From a virus: a DNA stretch of 64,000 nucleotides. A program made the position numbers and the translations under genes. The DNA is taken from the IMG/VR virus record IMGVR_UViG_3300033153_008341; one strand, 5' to 3'. The notes below the pieces were generated by a model. That model saw only the letters and a list, made by a program, of their open reading frames with translations. It did not search any database and had not been told where the DNA came from. Below, piece after piece: positions 29,286-38,007 of this stretch. Each line of letters begins with the position of its first letter. The first letter of the stretch is position 1.

Positions 29286-29526
29286 AGGAAGAAATAACCT
29301 ATTGGGAGTTGGACGGGTGGCATTCAAGAATGAAATTTTTGGGAATACACTTACCAATGTTGAATTTTGGCATAGCTCTTGGAAAGTCCTACTTGAGCAG
29401 AAAAATAACACTTGGTTTCTTTTTTACTATTGTTTAGCTATAGGTAATCATGATATTACACTTAGCCATACCAAAGTGATGGCAAACAAGATTAAATGAT
29501 ACGTATTTCAAGAGTACAGGGACAAA

Positions 29527-29712
29527 ATGTGTCGGCTATTCGGAAAAGAAGTTAAAAAGGTAATAAACTGGGAAATCAATTGGCGATATCTTTTGATGGT
29601 ACGAAACCCTTTATGGTTTTCTTTAATTTATTTGCTCACGGTTCATTCATCTGTAATAACATACGATGTAATTAAGAAATTAGGGGGAAGAATAAAGGAC
29701 AAACATGGGTAA
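29527..29712 (+). CDS. small protein, paralog family (NWEINWRYLLMVRNPLWFSLIYLLTV)
   Basis: W..W..L....NPLWF.LIYLL core. Confidence 0.5.
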   Translation: MCRLFGKEVKKVINWEINWRYLLMVRNPLWFSLIYLLTVHSSVITYDVIKKLGGRIKDKHG

Positions 29713-30277
29713 ATTATTCACTTGGGGGAATAAGAAGCTACCAAAGACTACTGCTATCTTTAACATGACACCTGCCACAACCTGTCCTTCTAATCAACTA
29801 GGGCTTTGTCAATTAAAAGAACCAAACAAAAAATGTTATGCTATGGTAGCAGAAAAGATGTACAAAAACGCCTTGTCTCATAGACTAAGACAGTTAGATT
29901 TCTGGTCTACCTGTACAGCACAAGGGTTTGTTAACCAACTGATAGGTGAGAAGAAAAGGAAACACCTTTTGAAGTTACGTTTTAACGAAGCCGGTGACTT
30001 TGTTTCTCAGAACTCGGTTGTAAAAGCAGAGGAGGTTGCTCGTATACTTGCTGAAGAACATAACGTCATAACTTATTGTTACACAGCCAGGAAAGATTTG
30101 GACTTCACTATAAGGAAGCACTTAATAATAAATGGGTCAAATTTTATGGTGGACAATAATTTCAAGGTAATCTATAAGGGACAACCAGCAGGGAATATAG
30201 TTTGTCCTCAAGATTGTAGGGTTTGTGCTATGTGTTCGAAAAGAAAGAAGTTAACTATATCAGTTAGGATTCATTGA
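29705..30277 (+). CDS. Cys-rich hypothetical protein (190 aa)
   Basis: Conserved-looking Cys positions (TTCP, C..C, CPQDCRVCAMC); no family assignment possible. Confidence 0.45.
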   Translation: MGKLFTWGNKKLPKTTAIFNMTPATTCPSNQLGLCQLKEPNKKCYAMVAEKMYKNALSHRLRQLDFWSTCTAQGFVNQLIGEKKRKHLLKLRFNEAGDFVSQNSVVKAEEVARILAEEHNVITYCYTARKDLDFTIRKHLIINGSNFMVDNNFKVIYKGQPAGNIVCPQDCRVCAMCSKRKKLTISVRIH

Positions 30278-30474
30278 TGCAAGTGAGATATTCTCTGGGG
30301 TGTACAGAGGAAAGACCGATGATAATACTTGGTCATGACAGTAAACCTGGCCTGTGTCTTGTTCACAGGTTACCTGGACTAAATTTACTTTATGTCTTAT
30401 TCGTCTTTCTTTTGAGGGCACCGACTGAAACAAATGAAAACTATACACGATTAGGACTACGGAAATGCACGTAG
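30274..30474 (+). CDS. small protein, tandem paralog pair with 30465..30680
   Basis: PGLCLVHRLPGLNLLYVLFVFLLR...TRLGLRK compared with KLCYIRRLVGMNLIYVWFILLLL...EKLGLDT. Confidence 0.5.
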   Translation: MMQVRYSLGCTEERPMIILGHDSKPGLCLVHRLPGLNLLYVLFVFLLRAPTETNENYTRLGLRKCT

Positions 30475-30680
30475 AATATGATAGTGATTATGGTAATAAT
30501 TACACAGGTTGGTCGAGTATGGTAGTTTTCTCTCCAAGGCGTAAACTATGCTATATAAGGAGACTGGTAGGAATGAACCTAATATACGTTTGGTTTATTC
30601 TACTGTTATTACCACTAAAAATACAATGTTCACCACATTTTGAGAAACTTGGGTTAGATACTAATAAGATTATACCATAA
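30465..30680 (+). CDS. small protein, tandem paralog pair with 30274..30474
   Basis: See the partner entry. Confidence 0.5.
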   Translation: MHVEYDSDYGNNYTGWSSMVVFSPRRKLCYIRRLVGMNLIYVWFILLLLPLKIQCSPHFEKLGLDTNKIIP

Positions 30681-30691
30681 AGGGACAAAGG

Positions 30692-31585
30692 ATGATTACA
30701 AAACCACTACTAGCCGCAAAGTATGAAGAAGAAACAGACATCAATTTTGACAAGGACAACTATTATTTGGCTACCCCTAAGATAGATGGGATAAGAGCCT
30801 TAAAACCCCACATTAGTTTAGTTAGCAGGTCTTTCAAACTAATTAGAAACAAATTTATCCGGGAGTATTTAGAAAAAGCATTACCTAAAGGAGCTGACGG
30901 AGAAATCTTGGTTGGTGAAACATTTCAAGAGACAACCAGTGGGGTTATGAGAGAACATGGAGAACCAAACTTTCGATTTTGTTGGTTTGATTATGTAAAG
31001 AGTAAGCTAAGTGCTACCTATATGCAGCGGGTCATTGATATGAGAGACTATCGATTAAGTGATCCTGACGGTAGAATCACTATCCTAAACCCAGTTAAGA
31101 TATTGAGTATGGAAGAGTTCCGAGAGTTCGAACAAAAATGTTTGGATCAAGGACATGAGGGGGTAATACTTCGAGACCCATATGGAGGATATAAGTGTGG
31201 TAGATCAACACTTCGAGAAGGTATCTTGATAAAGGTTAAGAGATTCTCTGATAGTGAAGGTAAAATTATTGGTTTTATTGAAGGAGAACACAACTTAAAC
31301 AAAGCAGAGCAAGATAACTTTGGAAGAACTAAAAGATCAACTGCCAAAGCCGGGAAGGTGAAGGCTGGCACGTTAGGTAAGTTTTTGCTACGGGATATTA
31401 AAACTGGTGTGGAGTTTGGATGTGGTACGGGGTTAGGATTAACCATGAAGTTGAGACAAATAATTTGGGACGATAGAGACTCGTACTTAGGACAACTTGT
31501 TAAATACAAATACTTTGAAGTTGGAGTTAAAGAAAAGCCAAGACATCCAGTATTTGTAGGATTTAGAAGTCAAGACGATTTATGA
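30692..31585 (+). CDS. ATP-dependent DNA ligase
   Basis: Motif I PKIDGIRAL (KxDGxR), motif III GADGEILVGE, motif IV EGVILRDP, motif V LIKVKRF. Confidence 0.8.
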   Translation: MITKPLLAAKYEEETDINFDKDNYYLATPKIDGIRALKPHISLVSRSFKLIRNKFIREYLEKALPKGADGEILVGETFQETTSGVMREHGEPNFRFCWFDYVKSKLSATYMQRVIDMRDYRLSDPDGRITILNPVKILSMEEFREFEQKCLDQGHEGVILRDPYGGYKCGRSTLREGILIKVKRFSDSEGKIIGFIEGEHNLNKAEQDNFGRTKRSTAKAGKVKAGTLGKFLLRDIKTGVEFGCGTGLGLTMKLRQIIWDDRDSYLGQLVKYKYFEVGVKEKPRHPVFVGFRSQDDL

Positions 31586-31911
31586 AGATTGTTAAAGTAT
31601 CAAACCTAATACCACTCAAACGTGGGCCACTGCCACTCGACCTCTCTGAGATATTAACTGCTGAAGATTGGTTTTCCGATGTTGAACTTTTCTACATCAA
31701 CAATAACCTTGTGGCTCTCTTTGTAGCTAACTTACAAGGGAAAAATACTGGTAGTGATGTGATTGATACTTTCATTCTTAAACTTGATAAATTAAAGCAT
31801 AGACCTGGTATGAATGTAACTATCAATAACAACGGACTACCAAGATACGACCAAGTGACGCTTAAAAAACTACTTGATACACCAACATCCAAAATGTTAG
31901 GAAAGGTATGA
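31582..31911 (+). CDS. hypothetical protein (109 aa)
   Basis: ORF overlapping the neighbouring genes by 4 nt on each side. Confidence 0.45.
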   Translation: MKIVKVSNLIPLKRGPLPLDLSEILTAEDWFSDVELFYINNNLVALFVANLQGKNTGSDVIDTFILKLDKLKHRPGMNVTINNNGLPRYDQVTLKKLLDTPTSKMLGKV

Positions 31912-32435
31912 TGACAAGTCGAATTATATTAACCTTTGACTGTCTAAGATCATGCGAGGGTTGTTGCAATACCGACAAAGGACTAATGGATCAAGCAATA
32001 ACAGTTGACAACTTAGAGCAATGTGTTACGTTATTTGATGAAATAATCCTAACAGGTGGTGAGCCTTTACTATATCCTGACTTAGTTAATCAGGTGATAA
32101 CTGAAATCCGTGAAAGGTGGAACGGCAAAAAAATATACTTGTACACAACGATCTTTACTCCTGAATTAAAAAAAATTGTTGATAGAATAGATGGTGTACA
32201 TTACACTCTACACGAGGGTTGTTCGGACAAAGACGTTTATGCCTTCTTAGACTTTCAAAGATTCATAGCCAAAAGAAAAGGCTCTTTCAGAGCTTATATA
32301 GATCCCAGAGTTAAACGAATCATACATATCTACCCCTCATATTGGACACGCGTAGAAGTAAAACCATGGTTAGACAACTGCCCCCTGCCATCAAATGAAA
32401 CACTCTTCATATATGGCAAAAGAACTACAACATAA
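31908..32435 (+). CDS. small radical SAM protein (QueE/NrdG-like activase family)
   Basis: CLRSCEGCC contains the CX3CX2C 4Fe-4S motif near the N-terminus. ILTGGEPLLYPDL is a glycine-rich SAM-binding motif. At 175 aa it is typical of small activase or 7-carboxy-7-deazaguanine synthase-like enzymes. Confidence 0.6.
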   Translation: MMTSRIILTFDCLRSCEGCCNTDKGLMDQAITVDNLEQCVTLFDEIILTGGEPLLYPDLVNQVITEIRERWNGKKIYLYTTIFTPELKKIVDRIDGVHYTLHEGCSDKDVYAFLDFQRFIAKRKGSFRAYIDPRVKRIIHIYPSYWTRVEVKPWLDNCPLPSNETLFIYGKRTTT

Positions 32436-32566
32436 CTTCTTCTATGGACGAGAGTATACTACTTTACGGGAACATGGGAAATGTTTCTGTTTATTCGTAG
32501 TAATATTAGCAGATAGATGGGCAAACAAGGACGATGATGATCTCACATCTTATTTTACCCATTTAG

Positions 32567-33163
32567 GTGTTTTACTTAGGCTTGTTACCAGATTGGAAAA
32601 GAATGAACGAAAACATAAAAAATAGGATTATCATAGGGAAAAAGGGCCAAAATTTAGGTGTCCATCCGTCAGTCATCCTTGTAAACCCAAAGTATGGACA
32701 TAACGTAGGTGCGGCTTTAAGGGCTTGCTCATGCTTTGGATTAAAACAACTATGGTACACAGGGAATAGAATCAAACTTGAAGACAACAAGCGGTTACCA
32801 AGAGAAGAACGATTCAAAAGGTATCAAGATGTAGATTTGGTACAGTATGATTACCCCTTTGACCAATTCAAAAATGTTGTTCCAATAGCTTTAGAAATAA
32901 CTCCAGGGGTTGAAATGTTACCCCAATTTGAACACCCTGAGAATGCAGTCTATGTCTTTGGTCCTGAGGATGGATCGATACCTGGGGCAATGCTAAGACA
33001 TTGTCATAGGTTTGTTATGATACCAACTAAACATTGTACAAATTTAGCTGCCGCCGTTTATATTACCCTATATGATAGATTGATTAAGAGACAGCAATTA
33101 GGATTAGAACCAATAGCACCTGCTTGTGATGTCTTAAATGAAACAAGAGGATTCATGGACTAA
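32567..33163 (+). CDS. SPOUT-class (SpoU/TrmH-like) RNA 2'-O-methyltransferase
   Basis: Motif 1 HNVGAALRACSCFG (N.GAiiRt), motif 2 YVFGPEDGSIPGAM, motif 3 IPTKHCTNLAAAVYITLYD (SLNvs.A.aI.ly). Confidence 0.7.
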   Translation: MFYLGLLPDWKRMNENIKNRIIIGKKGQNLGVHPSVILVNPKYGHNVGAALRACSCFGLKQLWYTGNRIKLEDNKRLPREERFKRYQDVDLVQYDYPFDQFKNVVPIALEITPGVEMLPQFEHPENAVYVFGPEDGSIPGAMLRHCHRFVMIPTKHCTNLAAAVYITLYDRLIKRQQLGLEPIAPACDVLNETRGFMD

Positions 33164-33178
33164 AAGGAAACTCAGCTA

Positions 33179-33724
33179 ATGGAAACAAAAAAGCAACACC
33201 TGTTTGAGACAAAGGTTACACCACTCTTGCCTTACCTTCATCGTCTCGCAGTATCAATAACAAAACACAAAGAAAAGGCAGAGGACTTAGTTCAACGTAC
33301 CATGTTAAAAGCATTTCAAAATTGGGAAAGATTTGATTACCGTTCCGACGTTCATTGTCGAGCATGGGTAATAACAATTATGAACAATGAATTCCTAAAC
33401 ATGCTAAGGACAGAGAAGAACAGCTGGGGAAGTTTAGAAGAAGAAATATATAGGTACATGCCCACTACTACTCTTAAAGCTAACCCTGAACGAGCCTTGC
33501 TTATTAAAAATTTAAAAGAGGATATGGAAAAAGCCATAAATGAACTACCAAAAGAAAACAAGACAGTTATGACTTTACGATTGGTTGAAGAAAGATCGTA
33601 TAGTGAAATAGCAGAGATGACGGGCCTTCCTATGAACAAAGTGAAAAAACAAATCTATGCTGGAAGGAAACATGTACAAAAATGCTTGAAGGCTTATCGA
33701 AATAAGCTTAAGAGCAGCCAATGA
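33179..33724 (+). CDS. ECF-type sigma-70 family RNA polymerase sigma factor
   Basis: Region 2 DLVQRTMLKAFQNWERFD...RAWVITIMNNEFLNMLR. Region 4 HTH VMTLRLVEERSYSEIAEMTGLPMNKVKKQIYAGRKHV. Confidence 0.85.
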   Translation: METKKQHLFETKVTPLLPYLHRLAVSITKHKEKAEDLVQRTMLKAFQNWERFDYRSDVHCRAWVITIMNNEFLNMLRTEKNSWGSLEEEIYRYMPTTTLKANPERALLIKNLKEDMEKAINELPKENKTVMTLRLVEERSYSEIAEMTGLPMNKVKKQIYAGRKHVQKCLKAYRNKLKSSQ

Positions 33725-33939
33725 TAAACTTAAAACCCTTTGTAAATAAAGGGGAGGAATCTTGGTGGAGCTGCCACAAGACGTATTATTCAACCAAGGA
33801 ATTACATACACTAAACAATGCGATCTTTGCTCTTTTCTTAGCACACATAGAAAAACAAACAGTAACGAAAAGAACGAGTACGTTTGCAAGTATTATCAAC
33901 GCTGTTTTTAGTACACTGGAAATGAAATTAGAATCATGA
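33721..33939 (+). CDS. small protein, tandem paralog pair with 33936..34154
   Basis: KELHTLNNAIFALFLAHIE compared with QELVAVQNSIFVIFVTGLH. Confidence 0.45.
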   Translation: MINLKPFVNKGEESWWSCHKTYYSTKELHTLNNAIFALFLAHIEKQTVTKRTSTFASIINAVFSTLEMKLES

Positions 33940-34154
33940 GAAACGTTAATAGTGAACAGTACAAAGATGTAGATAACATGTACAAACCACAAGAACTTGT
34001 TGCTGTACAAAATTCAATCTTTGTGATTTTTGTGACTGGTTTACATTTAACAATGCCAGACGGTAATGGTGTTATTAACAAAGCACTTAGTCGTATACTC
34101 AACGTCGATGAAGATATGCTCCCTTGGTATATAGAAAAGGATAAAGATGTTTAA
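33936..34154 (+). CDS. small protein, tandem paralog pair with 33721..33939
   Basis: See the partner entry. Confidence 0.45.
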   Translation: MRNVNSEQYKDVDNMYKPQELVAVQNSIFVIFVTGLHLTMPDGNGVINKALSRILNVDEDMLPWYIEKDKDV

Positions 34155-34350
34155 GAACGTCAGTTTAGGTAGTGCACGTTTCCTTAATGTTCCAAGGTTT
34201 GAGAGTCAGGATGATAGATTTAGAATTTCCCCTACCTTCTTCTACCCAAACATACTAAATACCAACATTACTGCCCTGTTATTTTTTTACTTATTCTATT
34301 GTACTTATTGTAAAGAAACAGGGTTTGAATTATCAGCAGTGGAAGACCGC

Positions 34351-35379
34351 TTAGAATATCTTCTCAGCAATCCACGCTCTTGCCTCCTCAATTGATATTT
34401 TTAGATGCCAAGAAACCAGGTAAATTGGACCGCCACCTTTTTGACACCCAAAACAATACCATATGTTTTTCTTTCCACCTACCCAGAGCGATCTATTACG
34501 CTCTTTCCCTTCCTTGTGGTGTGGACAACGCACCCACAATTCATCTCCCTTATCCACAAAATGCTCGTTTTGAAACAGAACACGACCCACCCCCGCGATT
34601 GGCACCTTGTCTTCCGCGCAATTTCTTAAATTTTTTTTCGTTTTTTCTTGTCTTAAAGCGAATGGCGCGGTTTTTAATGGGACAGAATTTTTTATTAGGA
34701 ACTGAATCCGTTCCACGGGATTTTTACCGGTTGCAAAGAACAGATTGGTGTCCATTTTAGAAGCGCTCTTACCTGGGAAAGTTATAATTGCCACCTTGGA
34801 AGCCACATGGAATATCTTAGAGGCCACGTTGACAGCACCAAGATTACCAGAAGGATCGCGGTCGAATAAAATATAGCAAGCGACTCCTGTAAACTTGGCT
34901 ATAGCATCATCAGGTAGTTTAACACCCATCACTGCACAGGAATTGAGCTTGTTCTGAACCAGAGTTAAACAATCAATAGGGCTCTCAACTATGACAACCC
35001 CAGGCCTAAGCAATGCTTTAGAATTATACAACCCGCTTTTTGGTAGGTTAGGGAGGGTCTTGTGAGGAACAAGTTTGTCCACCATAGTCCTACCATACAG
35101 GTTTGTATACCCACCATTGTTAACCACTGGAAAGGTAATATACCCCTCGAAAAAATCCAGCCTGTTTTTATCAATTACCCCAAGATCTATCGCTTCTTGC
35201 AGGGTATCTCCGGTGAATGTAGTGGAGACGATCTGGCCCATAGCATACCCTAGCTCATGTTCTTTGATGATCTCCTCAGATAGTCCCCTATCTTTTGTCA
35301 AATAATTCAATGCCTCTGGGCACTGCCAAAGGTTATCTTGGTATAACTTGGTTACCGTTTTTAACAGGTTGCTCTTCAT
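34351..35379 (-). CDS. DnaG-type DNA primase (zinc-binding + TOPRIM)
   Basis: CHC2 zinc finger CPHHKE...WYCFGCQKGG. TOPRIM Glu (EGYITFPV) and DxD (ILFDRDPSGN). Confidence 0.85.
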   Translation of the reverse strand: MKSNLLKTVTKLYQDNLWQCPEALNYLTKDRGLSEEIIKEHELGYAMGQIVSTTFTGDTLQEAIDLGVIDKNRLDFFEGYITFPVVNNGGYTNLYGRTMVDKLVPHKTLPNLPKSGLYNSKALLRPGVVIVESPIDCLTLVQNKLNSCAVMGVKLPDDAIAKFTGVACYILFDRDPSGNLGAVNVASKIFHVASKVAIITFPGKSASKMDTNLFFATGKNPVERIQFLIKNSVPLKTAPFALRQEKTKKNLRNCAEDKVPIAGVGRVLFQNEHFVDKGDELWVRCPHHKEGKERNRSLWVGGKKNIWYCFGCQKGGGPIYLVSWHLKISIEEARAWIAEKIF

Positions 35380-35974
35380 TCCGTATTTGTTCCACTATAT
35401 AGTCTAGATCTTCTTTTACTTCAATTCTTAACTCGTCTGCTTTGTAAAACAACTCCCTTAAACTACGTGTCAGGTACACAGAATAATACTGGTCCAATTT
35501 AACTGCCAACTTCTGTAACCTCTCAACCGGTGCAAAATATTTGGCCGTTTCTTCGCCAAGCAGAATAATATGCTTAGGTCTAACAGTTTTTATCTCAGCC
35601 AAGAGGCGGGGTTGACAAGCATCTATCTCATCTTGTCTAGTTTCCCCAGCGCACAATACCATAGTAGAAAAGTAAACACTGTTGTCTAAGTTGATCGTAC
35701 GAGACATATACCGAACCATCCCTTGAAGTTTCTGGCTCGGAATATCGCTGAAAGGAACCCCAGTTTCTACATCGTACGGAGTAGGTTTTAGGCCCAAGAA
35801 CATTATCTTAGGCCTGAGAAAACCATAACCGAATACCATCCCTTTACGATCCTTGGATAGGGGGCACAGAGTGCAGTCTTTATATTCCTTCTTGAACTCT
35901 ACCAAAAGATCAGTTTTTTCAAATGGTATATAGCTATTAGGCTTTGTCTTCAGTTGGTCATAAAAAGTTGGCAT
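35333..35974 (-). CDS. uracil-DNA glycosylase superfamily protein (family 4/5-like)
   Basis: CTLCPL near the N-terminus followed by GMVFGYGF..IMFLGLKPTPYD, resembling family-4 UDG. The location next to thyX and the primase fits replication-associated UDG-like phage genes. Motif match is only approximate. Confidence 0.45.
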   Translation of the reverse strand: MPTFYDQLKTKPNSYIPFEKTDLLVEFKKEYKDCTLCPLSKDRKGMVFGYGFLRPKIMFLGLKPTPYDVETGVPFSDIPSQKLQGMVRYMSRTINLDNSVYFSTMVLCAGETRQDEIDACQPRLLAEIKTVRPKHIILLGEETAKYFAPVERLQKLAVKLDQYYSVYLTRSLRELFYKADELRIEVKEDLDYIVEQIRNEEQPVKNGNQVIPR

Positions 35975-36852
35975 TAGTACCCTTTATCCTCAAATACTGC
36001 AGTGCTTATAGCTCCACCTAACTTTTGTACTTTCCTTAAGAACTCCTTTTTCTCTCTTCTAGTCATCCCATTATCAGGATTGAAACCTTTCAACCCTAAC
36101 TCTTCATTGTACTTATTGATGGTGTCTAGTTCAGGTCTAGTAAAAGTCACGGCGTTTAATGCATAGTCTTCAAACGCCTCATATGCCAATGGGAATTTCT
36201 CTTCCACCATCTTAGCCATGATGTTTGCGTACTGTCTAATCTCCCATTGAGCGGCATGGTCCATACGTAAACCTAAGAAATGAAAGATGTTGCGAAGATC
36301 ACACTTCCAATACATCTCTGAGTATACACCAACAGGTAAAATAATACGAGCCATCTCTCTAGCCACACCCTTATTCAAAAGTTGTTGATGCTCAGTAAAC
36401 GTCTTGTCATAGCATCCAATTTCATGGGCAATAGATTCGGAAGATGATCCCTGTTTATTAGTTTTGGATTGGAGACGAAACTTGCTTGGCGTATAAGTGT
36501 CGTCCCCTATCTCAATATACCTACCGGATAACTCATTGATTGAAGCTGTGCGATGTCTGTGCCATTGCCTAAATACAAAGATAGGGGCCTTGACAAAGAA
36601 ACGCATTTCGCACATTTCGAATGGTGTCATATGCTGACTACGCATTAAAAAACGCAACAAGTCCCTATCAGATGATTGGGGTTTAGAGTTCTCCTTCTTT
36701 GCCGCGTATGATATTCTAGCCGAATCAGTTATTGTTTTATCGGTACCCATAACGTCGAGCAATACGACTACTCCATGGTCTAACACTTTAACTGGGATAT
36801 TCATAGTTATACACGTAATCTCCACTGGTTTTAGCTCCGTCATCCAACACAA
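35974..36852 (-). CDS. thyX: flavin-dependent thymidylate synthase ThyX
   Basis: ThyX signature RHRTASINELSGRY (RHRX7-8S). Length and surrounding conserved blocks are consistent. Confidence 0.9.
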   Translation of the reverse strand: MCWMTELKPVEITCITMNIPVKVLDHGVVVLLDVMGTDKTITDSARISYAAKKENSKPQSSDRDLLRFLMRSQHMTPFEMCEMRFFVKAPIFVFRQWHRHRTASINELSGRYIEIGDDTYTPSKFRLQSKTNKQGSSSESIAHEIGCYDKTFTEHQQLLNKGVAREMARIILPVGVYSEMYWKCDLRNIFHFLGLRMDHAAQWEIRQYANIMAKMVEEKFPLAYEAFEDYALNAVTFTRPELDTINKYNEELGLKGFNPDNGMTRREKKEFLRKVQKLGGAISTAVFEDKGY

Positions 36853-37042
36853 CTTTCATTGGAATGGTAACTGGCAAGCTTGTTACTGGGTGTTTGTACA
36901 CAAAATAATAAAACGGATATTGATTTGCAGTCGAAATCTTAATCCTTATGCAACCCTCCTCAGGGTTTATCAGGTTTATCTGCTTCCTATCCTGTGCGTC
37001 CCGGACCCCCACAACATGCCCGTTGGAATCTGAGAAATACAT
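36788..37042 (-). CDS. small hypothetical protein (84 aa) between recA and thyX
   Basis: ORF fills the gap between RecA and ThyX but overlaps the ThyX start by about 65 nt; uncertain. Confidence 0.3.
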   Translation of the reverse strand: MYFSDSNGHVVGVRDAQDRKQINLINPEEGCIRIKISTANQYPFYYFVYKHPVTSLPVTIPMKVVLDDGAKTSGDYVYNYEYPS

Positions 37043-37044
37043 AT

Positions 37045-38007
37045 CTATACCTCACTTAATTTACTCCTTATTTCATTCAACATATCAGGGTTGGCTTGCA
37101 ATAAGTCAATGGCATTCTCCTTACCTTGACCTAAACGATTCGAATTATAACTATACCAAGTCCCCGACTTATCTATCACGCCCTGTTTTGTTCCCAACTC
37201 TAATATCTCTCCAGCTACACTTATACCCTTATTAAACTTGATAGCAAATTCTGCTTCTTGAAATGGGATGGCTGTTTTATTTTTCACAACCCTAGCGCGA
37301 ACTCTCACTCCTTTCGTTTGCTGGATTTCTTTTAGGGAAGATATTTTACGAACATCAACTCTTGTACTACAAAAATATCTAAATCCAGTCCCTCCGGCAG
37401 TGGTCTCTGGATTACCGAATACAACCCCTATCTTATAGGTAATCTGATTCACATAAATGATTGTAGTATCATGTCTAGCCGCAATAGGAATAACTCTCCT
37501 CAAATGTTGTCTGTTTAAACGGGCGGCTAAACCCATATGAGAGTCACCTGGGTCACCCTCCAATTCTGACTTAGGTAACAAAGCAGGTATAGAGTCAAGT
37601 ATGATTAAAGAAATCTCCCCTGTGTCTCCTAAGTGCTCAATCACATCGAAAGCTTGTTCAGCACAATCAGGTTGGGAAACGTATAACTGATCAATATCCA
37701 GACCCAAATTTTGTGCATAAGAGGGGTCAAAAGAATGTTCAGTGTCAACTAAAAGGACAGGCCCAAACTTCTGTGCTTCTACCATAGCATGAATACACAA
37801 GGTTGTTTTGCCAGAGGATTCGGGTCCTGAAATTTCGTGCAACAAACCCTTAGCAAAACCACCACCCAAGGCACGATCTAAACCAATTGAGCCACTAGAA
37901 AGTCTTTCTCTCCCTACAATAGCCCTGTCATGTAGCTGTATAACCACAAAATCTCCATGTGCTTTTTTGAGATCTTCTATTCCTTCTTCTAATTTACTCT
38001 TTTCCAT
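37045..38007 (-). CDS. recA: RecA recombinase
   Basis: Walker A GPESSGKTT, LIILDSIPAL, ARLNRQHLRR, YVNQI, and GNPETTAGGTGFRYFCSTRVDVRK (RecA loop 2 / L2 region). Confidence 0.95.
   Translation of the reverse strand: MEKSKLEEGIEDLKKAHGDFVVIQLHDRAIVGRERLSSGSIGLDRALGGGFAKGLLHEISGPESSGKTTLCIHAMVEAQKFGPVLLVDTEHSFDPSYAQNLGLDIDQLYVSQPDCAEQAFDVIEHLGDTGEISLIILDSIPALLPKSELEGDPGDSHMGLAARLNRQHLRRVIPIAARHDTTIIYVNQITYKIGVVFGNPETTAGGTGFRYFCSTRVDVRKISSLKEIQQTKGVRVRARVVKNKTAIPFQEAEFAIKFNKGISVAGEILELGTKQGVIDKSGTWYSYNSNRLGQGKENAIDLLQANPDMLNEIRSKLSEV

Noticed and set aside
31908-32435. Calling the radical-SAM protein NrdG (anaerobic RNR activase)
   Set aside because: The only RNR present is class II (B12-dependent), with no NrdD-type glycyl-radical partner in the window. 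The family call is therefore left generic.
34155-34350. Inverted repeat CCCTGTT...AACAGGG in the convergent gap between the plus-strand array and the primase gene as a bidirectional terminator
   Set aside because: The stem is only 7 bp with a loop of about 36 nt and no flanking T-runs, so it is too weak to call.
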